From: Bacteroidota bacterium
GTDB lineage: Bacteria; Bacteroidota; Bacteroidia; 2-12-FULL-35-15
Length of the DNA stretch: 62,214 bases
Direction: 5' to 3'
Assembly: GCA_052389695.1 (NCBI GenBank)
Contig: JBQTHQ010000073.1
Span: 1-62,214, forward strand
Both the position numbers and the translations under genes were made by a program. Below, piece by piece: positions 19,846-29,494 of this stretch (position 1 is its first letter; every line of letters starts with the position of its first letter). Below the pieces are notes generated by a model that saw only the letters and a program-made list of their open reading frames with translations, was not told where the DNA came from and did no database searches.

Positions 19846-22434
19846 CTACATCGGATCCACATCCATCTGCACTCGTACTGATTTATAATCCTTGTTAATT
19901 TTAAATTGGATCAGCATATCGTTTACTGCTTTCTTCACCTGTGCCACAGAAGCATCGCGTTCTATTTTCAATAAAATGTTTTTATGATATAAATTCCGGA
20001 TCCTTGAAATCAGCGGAAATTCAGGCCCCAGCACCCGTTTTTGAAAATGTTGTTTTAAATGATCGGCTAAAAATTTTGAGGAAGCATTCACCATGTCAAC
20101 ATCTCTATGGATCAAAGTAATTTCAATTAAACGGTGATAAGGAGGATAATTAAAATTTTTCCTATCAAGTAACTGGCTTTTATACATCGAAAGAAAATTA
20201 TTTTGAATCACATCCTGAATGATCATATGATCCGGATTTTGTGTCTGTATAATTACTTTCCCGCGTTTACTCTTTCGCCCTGCCCTACCCGATACTTGTG
20301 CCATAAGCTGGTAGCTGCGTTCAAATGATCTGAAATCAGGAAAATTAAGCATACTGTCAGCATTTAAAATTCCTACCATACTTACATTATCAAAATCTAA
20401 ACCTTTAGTAACCATTTGTGTTCCCACTAAAATATCAATATTACCATCTTCAAAATCCTGTATAATATGCTGGTGCGCGAATTTGCTTCGTGTAGTATCC
20501 AGATCCATACGTGCTATTTTTGCGTTGGGAAAAAATATAGATAATTCCTCTTCAATTTTTTCGGTGCCAAAACCTTTCATCTTTATGTTAGTATCTCCGC
20601 AGGCAGCACATTTACTTGGCGGTTTGATAGCATATCCGCAATAATGACAACGCAGCTGATTGCTTGCTTTATGAAATGTTAAGCTCACATCGCAATTGAC
20701 ACAATGCGGCACCCAGGCACACATATTACATTCTAATTGCGGGGCAAACCCTCTTCGATTCTGAAATAAAACCACTTGCTCTTTTTCCTGCAATGCCAAT
20801 GCAATAGTATCCAACAATAAAGGAGTAAAGTGTGATTTCATTTGCTTTTTATGCATTGCCTCTTTCACATCCGCAATTAAAATTTCAGGCATTTGCACAC
20901 CACCAAAACGTTGATTGATCTCCACCAAACCATACTTGCCTTCCTGCGCATTGTAATAACTTTCCAAGCAGGGCGTTGCTGAACCCAACAATGTTTTTGC
21001 TTTATGAATATGCGCTAAATAAATGGCAGCATCACGTGCATTGTATCGAGGAGCAGGATCAAACTGTTTATAGGAAGTATCATGTTCTTCATCCACGATC
21101 ACTAATCCTAAATTACTATATGGTAAAAAAAGAGCTGACCTTGCACCCACTATAAGTTTAAAGTTTGAAATTTCATGTTCAAAATTATTGTCCGGACTTT
21201 GAACTTTGAACTTTGAACTTTGAACTTCCAATACATTTTTCCAAACCTCCACACGTTCATTCTCATTGAATTTACTGTGATAAACACCAACAGCATCTCC
21301 AAAATATTTCCGAAGTCGATTGATAATTTGAGTGGTCAATGCAATTTCAGGAAGCAGGTATAACACTTGCTTTCCTTCGGCGATCGTTTGTTCTATAAGC
21401 TTTACATAGATCTCGGTTTTGCCGGATGAGGTTACTCCGTGCAACAATACCACCTCTTTTACCTCACCCCGGCCCTCTCCCAAGGGAGAGGGAGTACTTT
21501 GCTGACCCGATAATTTTTTCCAACCAAAATAGTATTGAATAGAATCATGCACCTGCTGCTGAACATCATTCAATTTTGATATTTTATTTTCATTTTCAAA
21601 ACTTGAAAAACGCCCCACTTCACGTTCATACGTCTCAAAAATATTTTTTTTAACCAATGACCTTATTGCTGCTTCTGCACCTTCTACTATTTTAATGATG
21701 TCTGATCTTTTAACCTCCTGGCGATCTTTTGAATAGCGCTTTGATAGATTAATGTACACCATCAGCACATCCAATTGCTTGGGTGCTTTCTTTTCTAAAA
21801 GAGAAAAAATATTTTTTAAATTTTCTTCATTATTGGCATATTCAGTAATTTTTATAAAGCTTTCTATCTTGGGTTTGTATTTTTCTTTCAGTTCTTCCTG
21901 GATGATCACAATTCCTTTTTCGATCAATAATTTTATAACAGGGTAAACTGTTTTTTGTTCGATGATCTCGGAAACATCAGTTAAACTCAGAACATTCCTC
22001 ACTTCCAATGCTTCAATGATAGCGTATTCTTTATCACTTAATTTAGTCGTTGTACTTGCTACCTCATACGCTGTACTTAATACTACCTTCGTTTCACTGG
22101 AGAGTTTTAATCCACCGGGTAAAGCAGCTACCATTACATCACCAATATTACACATATAGTACTGGCTCATCCAGTCCCACAATTCAAATTGTTTTTGATT
22201 GACGATGGGCTGTTCATCTAAAATAGACTCAATATATTTTGCTGAATATTGTTTGGGAGGATTTTCATGCACTATACGAACCAATGCCGAATATAATTTG
22301 CCTTTGCCAAATTGTACGATCACCCGTTGCCCGGGAATTATAAGATCATTCAACTCATAAGGGATTCGATAGGTATATAAATTGGGAACCGCCAGGGGCA
22401 GAATTACATCAACAAAAAGTGTAGTGCGGCTCAT
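19846..22434 (-). CDS. priA: Primosomal protein N' (replication restart helicase) with two repeat-derived in-frame insertions
   Basis: LHGVTSSGKTE, DEEHD, Cys-rich region, GTQMVTKGLDF and QVSGRAGR; start MSRTTLFVDV at 22434. Confidence 0.97.
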   Translation of the reverse strand: MSRTTLFVDVILPLAVPNLYTYRIPYELNDLIIPGQRVIVQFGKGKLYSALVRIVHENPPKQYSAKYIESILDEQPIVNQKQFELWDWMSQYYMCNIGDVMVAALPGGLKLSSETKVVLSTAYEVASTTTKLSDKEYAIIEALEVRNVLSLTDVSEIIEQKTVYPVIKLLIEKGIVIIQEELKEKYKPKIESFIKITEYANNEENLKNIFSLLEKKAPKQLDVLMVYINLSKRYSKDRQEVKRSDIIKIVEGAEAAIRSLVKKNIFETYEREVGRFSSFENENKISKLNDVQQQVHDSIQYYFGWKKLSGQQSTPSPLGEGRGEVKEVVLLHGVTSSGKTEIYVKLIEQTIAEGKQVLYLLPEIALTTQIINRLRKYFGDAVGVYHSKFNENERVEVWKNVLEVQSSKFKVQSPDNNFEHEISNFKLIVGARSALFLPYSNLGLVIVDEEHDTSYKQFDPAPRYNARDAAIYLAHIHKAKTLLGSATPCLESYYNAQEGKYGLVEINQRFGGVQMPEILIADVKEAMHKKQMKSHFTPLLLDTIALALQEKEQVVLFQNRRGFAPQLECNMCAWVPHCVNCDVSLTFHKASNQLRCHYCGYAIKPPSKCAACGDTNIKMKGFGTEKIEEELSIFFPNAKIARMDLDTTRSKFAHQHIIQDFEDGNIDILVGTQMVTKGLDFDNVSMVGILNADSMLNFPDFRSFERSYQLMAQVSGRAGRKSKRGKVIIQTQNPDHMIIQDVIQNNFLSMYKSQLLDRKNFNYPPYHRLIEITLIHRDVDMVNASSKFLADHLKQHFQKRVLGPEFPLISRIRNLYHKNILLKIERDASVAQVKKAVNDMLIQFKINKDYKSVRVQMDVDPM
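21155..21227. repeat. ACTTTGA heptamer array plus degenerate inverted array inside priA
   Basis: (ACTTTGA)x4+ACTT at 21196-21227; AAGTTTA/AAGTTTG/AAATTTC/ATGTTCA from 21155. Confidence 0.8.
21461..21494 (-). repeat. CCCTCTCC-type REP element inside priA (encodes TPSPLGEGRGEV)
   Basis: Reverse complement CTCCCTCTCCCTTGGGAGAGGGCCGGGGTGAGGT versus the 8738-8770 copy: 1 gap, 2 mismatches. Confidence 0.88.
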
Positions 22435-22438
22435 ACCA

Positions 22439-22446
22439 CAAATATA
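22439..22446 (-). promoter_or_regulatory. -7 element 4 nt upstream of the priA ATG
   Basis: TATATTTG-TGGT-ATG. Confidence 0.65.
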
Positions 22447-22451
22447 CAAAC

Positions 22452-22552
22452 AAAGCCCCTCTATATCTCCCCCAAGGGGAGACTTTTCCAACCCTCAAAT
22501 GCCTAAATCAATACACGTCAAAGCCCTCCCTTAGGGAGGGTTGGGTGGGCTT
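22452..22552. repeat. Inverted doublet of CTCCC...GGGAG REP elements
   Basis: Minus strand AAAGTCTCCCCTTGGGGGAGATATAGAGGGGCTT and plus strand AAAGCCCTCCCTTAGGGAGGGTTGGGTGGGCTT. Confidence 0.75.
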
Positions 22553-23212
22553 TTATTCTTTTTGAAACTTTATATTTTTTCCCCTTGTACCCTGAAAACG
22601 ATACCATTTTGATTGGGTTTCAAGGATAGATTTAAAATTTGGGACTTTGAGGGAGTCAACATTTATTTTCGGATCTACATCATCAATAGTGGCAAGTGTA
22701 TCTATTATAAACGGAATATGAGCGATGGGGAGTTTGAATCTTCGCTTAGTAAATCCCATTAATAAATTGGATTGAAAAGGATCGGATGCAACAGCCATTT
22801 TGGTCAGCCCCATTTTTTTTGCCATATGGTAAGAATTATAAATATTTTCTGTACTGTGTTCAGCTTTATCTTCAATAAATATTTTTTCTTTTGGAACACC
22901 TAACTCTTCAGCAAATAAGGCCATTGCTTTAGCTTCCACATAAGGTGAATAAACAGCCCCGCCTGAAAATATTACATTTTTTGCAATTCCTTTTTTTATA
23001 AGATACACTGCCCATATCACCCGGCCTTTCATAGCCGTGCTCCAGTTTTTTCCATCATAAGGAACACCGGGGACAATAATTACATCGTAGGGCTGATTTT
23101 TTAAAGCTCTTTTAAAAAGAGTACTTGGAGAGGGCCTGAAAAAAGTACAACCACTGATGATCAAGGCAACAATAAACAGAAAAAGAAAATATTTTGATCT
23201 GTCGGAATTCAT
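22553..23212 (-). CDS. YdcF/DUF218 family protein
   Basis: DVIIVPG, VIFSGG, EAKAM and AEHSTEN. Confidence 0.88.
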   Translation of the reverse strand: MNSDRSKYFLFLFIVALIISGCTFFRPSPSTLFKRALKNQPYDVIIVPGVPYDGKNWSTAMKGRVIWAVYLIKKGIAKNVIFSGGAVYSPYVEAKAMALFAEELGVPKEKIFIEDKAEHSTENIYNSYHMAKKMGLTKMAVASDPFQSNLLMGFTKRRFKLPIAHIPFIIDTLATIDDVDPKINVDSLKVPNFKSILETQSKWYRFQGTRGKNIKFQKE

Positions 23213-23215
23213 TTT

Positions 23216-24184
23216 TTAAAGCGACAAAATTTTCAACATGCGTACCAACTCAGTATCCAATTCTTGTTTGTGTTTTACAGCATTTTCAAAAGCAGTATAT
23301 GCAATTTTTTTATCTATGATCCCAACCATTACCCCGGCTTTTCCGGATACCAATGCCTCCACGGCCGCAAACCCTATTCTGCTGCTGTTCACGCGATCCA
23401 TAGCCGTAGGGTTTCCTCCACGCTGAATATGCCCAAGAACAGTGATACGTGTATCGTAATAAGGTAAACGTGATTTGACCTGTTCTGCAACTATAAAGGC
23501 TCCACCGGCTTCATCTCCTTCAGCAACGATAATAATTTTTGAAAATTTACTCTTTCGTCCACTTTCTAAACGCTTGATCAGATCTTCAACATCTGTCCTG
23601 GTTTCCGGCATAAGAATGGCTTCAGCACCTACTCCTATTCCCGAGCGTAATGCGATCAAACCTGCATCACGTCCCATTACTTCCACAAAAAATAAACGAT
23701 CATGGCTTTCTGCTGTGTCACGTATTTTATCAACTGCATCCACTACGGTATTTATTGCGGTATCATACCCGATGGTAAAATCAGTTCCAACCAGGTCATT
23801 ATCAATAGTACAAGGACAAGCCACTATGGGAATAGTACAAATTTTAGAAAGTGCCAAAGCTCCTTTGATCGAGCCATCCCCACCAATAATTATAAGCCCT
23901 TCAATATTGTTCCTGGTCAAGTTATCAGCGGCCTTTTTACGGCCCTCCTCTGTCATAAATTTTTCACTGCGGGCAGTTTTTAAGATCGTTCCTCCACGCT
24001 GAATAATATTAGCAACCGATTTTGCATCCAGATGAATAAACTCATTTTTGATCATACCATCATATCCATGCATAATACCTGCTATCTCAATTTTGTGAAA
24101 AATAGCGGTACGTACCACTGCACGTATACAGGCATTCATTCCCGGTGCATCACCTCCTGATGTTAGAATGGCTATCTTCTTCAT
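23216..24184 (-). CDS. pfkA: ATP-dependent 6-phosphofructokinase
   Basis: LTSGGDAPGMN, GGDGS, TIDND, EVMGR and LGHIQRGG. Confidence 0.97.
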   Translation of the reverse strand: MKKIAILTSGGDAPGMNACIRAVVRTAIFHKIEIAGIMHGYDGMIKNEFIHLDAKSVANIIQRGGTILKTARSEKFMTEEGRKKAADNLTRNNIEGLIIIGGDGSIKGALALSKICTIPIVACPCTIDNDLVGTDFTIGYDTAINTVVDAVDKIRDTAESHDRLFFVEVMGRDAGLIALRSGIGVGAEAILMPETRTDVEDLIKRLESGRKSKFSKIIIVAEGDEAGGAFIVAEQVKSRLPYYDTRITVLGHIQRGGNPTAMDRVNSSRIGFAAVEALVSGKAGVMVGIIDKKIAYTAFENAVKHKQELDTELVRMLKILSL

Positions 24185-24286
24185 ATCTACGAATAACGAA
24201 TCTGTACTAATATACGAATACGAATAATTACGAATTGATTTTATATGAAGTTTGTTTAATTTTTTTAATTTACCTACTAAGAATTG

Positions 24287-25489
24287 CTATCTATTTTCCT
24301 TTTCTTTCTTATCAACAAGTTTATGCGTTTTTTTTGTGCCCTGATACATTTCATATTTCATAAACCGGCATTCCAATTGCCCATTAAATAAAGTTATTTT
24401 GCGCGAGGGGCGTAACCCTACCTGCTTTAATGCTTCCATGTTTGAACTCAATATCCAGCAATCATATCCTGAAAACTTTTTCTTGAATGTATCACCCATC
24501 ATTTTATAAAGTTCTTCGATATTATCTTTCACCATCCGTTCACCATACGGTGGGTTAATAATAACAACCCCTCTTCCCGAAGGAATCTCAAGATCTTTAA
24601 TATCACAATTTTTTACAGATACGATATCTTCCACTTTTGCGAGTTTAATATTTTCTTTTGCTTTTTTAGCAACATTTGGAGAAAGCTCCCCCCCTATTAT
24701 TTTCTGTTCGTGGTTTGTTATTTTATTAATAGCCGCATCAAATATGGTATTGTACAATTCTTCATCAAAGGGCATAAATTTTTTCCACCGTTCAAAACCA
24801 TATTCTTCACGAAAATAACCCGGAGGAATATTATTAGCGATCAATGCTGCTTCAATTAAAATAGTTCCTGATCCGCACATGGGATCAATGAATGAAGTCC
24901 GCTTATCCCAACCGCTTAATAAAACCAACCCTGCTGCCAGTACTTCATTCAGTGGTGCCAAATTTGTTTTATCCCGATACCCCCTTTTATGCAATGATTC
25001 GCCTGAACTATCCAGTGAAACACTACAGGTATCCTGGAAAATATGTAAATGAATACGTAATGTTGGACGGTCAAGATCAACCGAAGGACGTTCACCATGC
25101 TTCGCACGAAACTGATCAACAATAGCATCCTTGGCTTTTTGTGAAAGATATTGAGAATGAGTAAATAATTCAGAATTTAACACTGTATCAATTGCAATTG
25201 TATCGGTTACATCTATATAATCTTCCCAATTGATTTCCTGTATGGAATTATACAAGGATTTTTCATCAGTAACGGTAAATGTTTCAATGGGTACAAGTAT
25301 ACGCAATGCTGTACGCAAGCATAAATTGGCCTTGTACATAAATCCTTTATCACCTGTAAAACTTACCGCACGGTTATGCACTTCCAGGTCACGTGCACCA
25401 AGCCGTTGCAACTCTATAGATAATATTTCTTCCAAGCCAAAAATAGTTTTGGCGATCATTTTAAAATCCGTATCCTGCTTTGTTATCAT
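24287..25489 (-). CDS. THUMP-domain RNA methyltransferase (RlmL-like)
   Basis: LDSSGESLHKRGYR, DPMCGSGT and NPPYGER; start 25489 lies downstream of TATCTTTG at 25498-25505. Confidence 0.9.
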   Translation of the reverse strand: MITKQDTDFKMIAKTIFGLEEILSIELQRLGARDLEVHNRAVSFTGDKGFMYKANLCLRTALRILVPIETFTVTDEKSLYNSIQEINWEDYIDVTDTIAIDTVLNSELFTHSQYLSQKAKDAIVDQFRAKHGERPSVDLDRPTLRIHLHIFQDTCSVSLDSSGESLHKRGYRDKTNLAPLNEVLAAGLVLLSGWDKRTSFIDPMCGSGTILIEAALIANNIPPGYFREEYGFERWKKFMPFDEELYNTIFDAAINKITNHEQKIIGGELSPNVAKKAKENIKLAKVEDIVSVKNCDIKDLEIPSGRGVVIINPPYGERMVKDNIEELYKMMGDTFKKKFSGYDCWILSSNMEALKQVGLRPSRKITLFNGQLECRFMKYEMYQGTKKTHKLVDKKEKENR

Positions 25490-25660
25490 ATATACTACAA
25501 AGATATTGATTAACAACTGAATGTCATCAATAAACTTAACATCACTCAAACAGATGATTAGGCTAATTTGGACAGGTTAATACAAAATATTTGTATTTTT
25601 GGTGCGTTTTAAAGCCATTGTTATTGAATTACAATTGTATACTATTTAACAAATTATAAA

Positions 25661-26662
25661 ATGAAAAATAAAACATTCACTCTATTAACATGTACTGTTG
25701 TAAGCATTTTAATTTTCAATTCTTGTAAAAAAGATAAAGATGCCGCACCTGTTACACCAACCAACCCCAATCCCGCATATGTGGCTTGTGAGCCGGCTTC
25801 TGTGTTTGATGCTGGAACTGTAACCGGTGCACGATTGATATTTAAATTTAAATTTGACAGTACTCAGGCCCGGTTGGATAATATTGGGAATATTTCAACA
25901 GTTCCCCCTGGAAATGCAGGCCAGTCGCCAAAATTTAATTTTATGAGCCAGCATTATATTGAATTGGCAGGTGATTTTGATTCTGTAGGAAAAGGAAAGG
26001 TTTTATATACAGGAACCAATACTACCCTGGGTGGTTCTAATGCTATTGATTATTGTGCTTCTATTCAAACAGGAGAAGGTGTAACTTTCTTTTCTAAACC
26101 TTTAAACCAGATCACTCCCGGGACTTATAAATGGTTGCGTGTTTCGCTTGCTTATCAGAATTATAATATTACGTATAAATTAGACGTATTACCCGGCAAT
26201 AAACTTGGAACTGGAACCTTGGGATCATTTATTGGTTTTAAAACTTATATTCCGGGGTACAAAATGAATGGGACCAGTTATAAGCCAAGTGATACTACCG
26301 GTGGCCCGGGAAATCACCCTCAGGGTTATTGGGGATTTGAAACCACTGTATTTGGTGTAAAGTACTTTGCTGACGGGCAATCACCTGAAGGATCTACTAC
26401 TGTTCCCAATCCTTTATTTGCTACTTCACCAATACCAGCGGGCAGCTGCCTGGTTACAGGGCAATTTGTGGATAATACAATGGCTAATTCTCCATTAATA
26501 ATTACCGGATTGGAAACAAGTGATATCATTATTACCGTTTCTTTATCAACCAATAAAAGTTTTGAGTGGACAGAAGTTGATGCCGATGGTTATTTTCAAC
26601 CTGAAATTGGAGAAAATGTAGTGGATATGGGTATTCGGGGATTAATTCCTATTAAAAATTAA
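25661..26662 (+). CDS. Hypothetical lipoprotein
   Basis: Lipobox FNSC followed by KKDKD; beta-rich; no family recognised. Confidence 0.75.
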   Translation: MKNKTFTLLTCTVVSILIFNSCKKDKDAAPVTPTNPNPAYVACEPASVFDAGTVTGARLIFKFKFDSTQARLDNIGNISTVPPGNAGQSPKFNFMSQHYIELAGDFDSVGKGKVLYTGTNTTLGGSNAIDYCASIQTGEGVTFFSKPLNQITPGTYKWLRVSLAYQNYNITYKLDVLPGNKLGTGTLGSFIGFKTYIPGYKMNGTSYKPSDTTGGPGNHPQGYWGFETTVFGVKYFADGQSPEGSTTVPNPLFATSPIPAGSCLVTGQFVDNTMANSPLIITGLETSDIIITVSLSTNKSFEWTEVDADGYFQPEIGENVVDMGIRGLIPIKN

Positions 26663-26675
26663 GAAAATAATTACT

Positions 26676-26712
26676 AAAAAAACCCTTCTGAAAATATTCA
26701 GAAGGGTTTTTT
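26676..26712. terminator. Bidirectional intrinsic terminator
   Basis: AAAAAAACCCTTCTGAA-AATA-TTCAGAAGGGTTTTTT between convergent genes. Confidence 0.85.
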
Positions 26713-26723
26713 ATTTTTTACTC

Positions 26724-27791
26724 TTATAATCCTTTATCATAATTCACCACTACACTTGGTGTTGTCGGGCGGCTCTGACAGGTAAGTACAAATCCCTGTT
26801 TTACCTCTGATGCCGATAGAGCATAGTTCACAGCCATTTCCACTTTTCCTTCCTGCAATAATGCACGACAGGTACAGCAGGAACCTCCCTGGCAGGCGTA
26901 GGGTGCATCCAAACCGATGCGCAAAGCAGCTTCCAATATCGTTTCATTATCTTCTAACGGAATAATATGTTCGTCACCATCCATAATAATCGTTGCAGTT
27001 GCACCTTTAACAGAAGGTGTAACTGGTTTAATGTCATCAGGGTTTACAGGTGTTGTAAAATATTCAATATGAACTTTAGATTCTTCTGTTTTTAATTCTT
27101 TCAATGCAGCCACTACATTATCCATCATCGGCCCCGGACCACAAATAAAATATTCATTGTCGGCAGTAACAGGAACATAATTTTTAATAAGTTCTATATT
27201 CTTTTCCTTGGTCATCATTCCCTGCAAGGATACCGGGTGGTTAGCCGGTGCAGTATTCAATATATGGATCACATTTAATCTATCCGAATTAGCGATGGCA
27301 AGTTGTTCAATTTGTTTTTTAAAAATAATAGAGGATTCATCATTATTACCATAAAACAGTGTGATAGTGCTTTGCGGTTCCGATCTTAAAACTGTTTTTA
27401 AGATCGATAGCATAGGTGTTATCCCACTTCCGCCTGCAAACAAAACATAATTTTTTTTATTTGAAGTGTTCATTTCGGTAAAGAAATTTCCCATAGGGAT
27501 CATCACCTCAACACTATCTCCCGGTTTTATTTTATCATTAATATATGTAGAAACTTTACCATTCTTAACTTTTTTGATCGCTACCCGCAATTCATTTTCA
27601 AGCGGGCTTGTGCATATGGAATAAGAACGCCTTAATTCCTCACCATTGATATTAAATTTTAATGTAAGGTATTGTCCTTGTTTATAACTATACTCCGTTT
27701 TTAAATTTGACGGGACTTCAAATGCTACTGAAACAGCATCACTTGTTTCGCGCAGTACATCAACAATTTTTAATGAGTGAAATTTTGCCAT
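26724..27791 (-). CDS. PaaE-like FAD/NAD(P)H ferredoxin reductase with C-terminal 2Fe-2S domain
   Basis: RRSYSI, AGGSGITP, FICGPGPMM and YACQGGSCCTC...LTCQ. Confidence 0.9.
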   Translation of the reverse strand: MAKFHSLKIVDVLRETSDAVSVAFEVPSNLKTEYSYKQGQYLTLKFNINGEELRRSYSICTSPLENELRVAIKKVKNGKVSTYINDKIKPGDSVEVMIPMGNFFTEMNTSNKKNYVLFAGGSGITPMLSILKTVLRSEPQSTITLFYGNNDESSIIFKKQIEQLAIANSDRLNVIHILNTAPANHPVSLQGMMTKEKNIELIKNYVPVTADNEYFICGPGPMMDNVVAALKELKTEESKVHIEYFTTPVNPDDIKPVTPSVKGATATIIMDGDEHIIPLEDNETILEAALRIGLDAPYACQGGSCCTCRALLQEGKVEMAVNYALSASEVKQGFVLTCQSRPTTPSVVVNYDKGL

Positions 27792-27902
27792 TTTGTATAT
27801 TAAAATTTAGCAGCGAATTTACAATTAATATGGAAAAGCGGAACATAAAAATATTAAATTGCATTCGGTTTTGAAATATAAACCGTATTAACCTCATTAT
27901 TT

Positions 27903-28952
27903 ATGAAAAAAATAATTGTTCCATTTTTAATGATGTTTGTGCTTATAAATACAAGTATTATAAAAGCTCAAAAAAGGTTCATTATTGTATTGCTTGCTTT
28001 AACAGGCAGCACTATTGTTTATATTCAATTTGTTAATGCAAAAATTTCAGTTGGCAATGTCCAACCTTTTTCCAAAAAAAACATTCTTGCTCCATCCCTT
28101 ATGGTGCTGGGCACTGTACAGGATGCAGGCTCTCCACATATTGGATGTACCAAAGAGTGCTGTAAAAACTTATTTAAAAATCCGGATAAAAACAGGAAAG
28201 TTGTTTCACTGGGAGTGATAGACCCCATAAATAAATTAAACTGGATGTTTGAAGCTACTCCGGATCTTCCTTCACAGATGAAATTATTAAAGGAGCATTC
28301 AGGTTTCAGTACAAAGGAAGCGCCTGATGGAATTTTCCTGACACATGCCCATATTGGGCATTATGCGGGATTGATGTTTTTGGGAAGGGAAGCGATGGGA
28401 TCAAAAAACATCCCGGTATATGCAATGCCCAGGATGCAAAATTATTTAGAAACAAATGGACCCTGGAGTCAATTGGTTAAACTGAACAACATACAAATTC
28501 ATCCTTTACAGGCAAATGAAGAAATTATACTTTCTTCAAATATTAAAGTAAAGGCATTATTGGTTCCTCACAGAGATGAATATTCAGAAACGGTGGGGTA
28601 TATTATCAGTGGACCAAATAAAAAAGTTTTATTCATTCCGGATATTGATAAATGGAACAAATGGGAAAAAAGTATCATTGAAGAAATAAAAAAAGTGGAT
28701 TATGCTTTTATCGATGCTACTTTTTACGATGGTGCAGAGATCAACAACAGGGACATTTCAGAGATTCCGCATCCTTTTGTAATTGAAAGCATGGAAGCAT
28801 TTAAAGAACTTTCAATAGCTGAAAAAGATAAAATTTATTTTATCCATTTTAATCATACCAACCCTTTATTAATGATTGAAAGCGAACAGGCTAAAACAGT
28901 TTTAAAAAACGGTTTTCACATTGCTCAATTTGAGCAGATAATAAGTTTATAA
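27903..28952 (+). CDS. Metallo-beta-lactamase fold hydrolase (PqqB-like)
   Basis: VLGTVQDAGSP, THAHIGHY, VPHRDE, PDID, DATFY and IHFNHTNP. Confidence 0.85.
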   Translation: MKKIIVPFLMMFVLINTSIIKAQKRFIIVLLALTGSTIVYIQFVNAKISVGNVQPFSKKNILAPSLMVLGTVQDAGSPHIGCTKECCKNLFKNPDKNRKVVSLGVIDPINKLNWMFEATPDLPSQMKLLKEHSGFSTKEAPDGIFLTHAHIGHYAGLMFLGREAMGSKNIPVYAMPRMQNYLETNGPWSQLVKLNNIQIHPLQANEEIILSSNIKVKALLVPHRDEYSETVGYIISGPNKKVLFIPDIDKWNKWEKSIIEEIKKVDYAFIDATFYDGAEINNRDISEIPHPFVIESMEAFKELSIAEKDKIYFIHFNHTNPLLMIESEQAKTVLKNGFHIAQFEQIISL

Positions 28953-28959
28953 AATAAAG

Positions 28960-29295
28960 CTACTTCAATTTTTTATTTTTTTTGTGCCGTTTATTATCAC
29001 GTTGGGTTTTCTTCTCCATATTTTTTTTAAATGCCTTTGTAAGATCAACACCCGTTTGATTAGCAAGACAGATCAGTACAAATAGTACATCCGCCAATTC
29101 ATCAGAGAGATTTTTATCCTTATCTTTTTTCTTAAATGATTGCTCTCCATATTCACGCGAAATAATACGTGCCACCTCTCCTACTTCTTCTGTGAGAATA
29201 GCCATATTAGTCAATTCATTAAAATAACGTACACCATGTTTTTTGATCCATTTATCAACGATTTTTTGTGCTTGTTTTATTGTTAATTGGTTCAT
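28960..29295 (-). CDS. MazG-like nucleotide pyrophosphohydrolase (YpjD-like)
   Basis: LTEEVGEVAR...DELADVLFVLICLAN. Confidence 0.9.
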   Translation of the reverse strand: MNQLTIKQAQKIVDKWIKKHGVRYFNELTNMAILTEEVGEVARIISREYGEQSFKKKDKDKNLSDELADVLFVLICLANQTGVDLTKAFKKNMEKKTQRDNKRHKKNKKLK

Positions 29296-29398
29296 TGGTT
29301 AATTGGAGATTAGTTATCGATTAATGGGGAATTTAATTTCTTAATATTTCCATTGTTTACTGAACCGATTCATTAAGTATTCCTATTTTTCACCTATC

Positions 29399-29437
29399 GC
29401 CCCTCTCCTTTAGGAGAGGGGATTAAGGGGTGAGGCT
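29399..29437 (+). repeat. CCCTCTCC-type REP element
   Basis: GCCCCTCTCCTTTAGGAGAGGGGATTAAGGGGTGAGGCT. Confidence 0.8.
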
Positions 29438-29440
29438 AAC

Positions 29441-29474
29441 AAAAAAAGCATTTGCCTTATCGACAAATGCTTTT
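29441..29474 (-). terminator. Terminator of the rpsF-rpsR-rplI operon
   Basis: AAAAGCATTTG...CAAATGCTTTT stem with T7 tail on the minus strand. Confidence 0.75.
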
Positions 29475-29494
29475 CATAAGTTGATCTTTCAGTA

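Noticed and set aside
22435-22491. N-terminal extension of PriA (MEKSPLGGDIEG...) in the ORF track
   Set aside because: It reads through a REP element and the -7 promoter box; the PriA-like sequence starts at 22434.
23475-24002. 175-aa antisense ORF in pfkA, and similar shadow ORFs elsewhere
   Set aside because: Explained by codon bias on the opposite strand of conserved genes.
26724-27791. Phenylacetate degradation cluster
   Set aside because: Only the PaaE-like reductase is present; there is no paaABCD.
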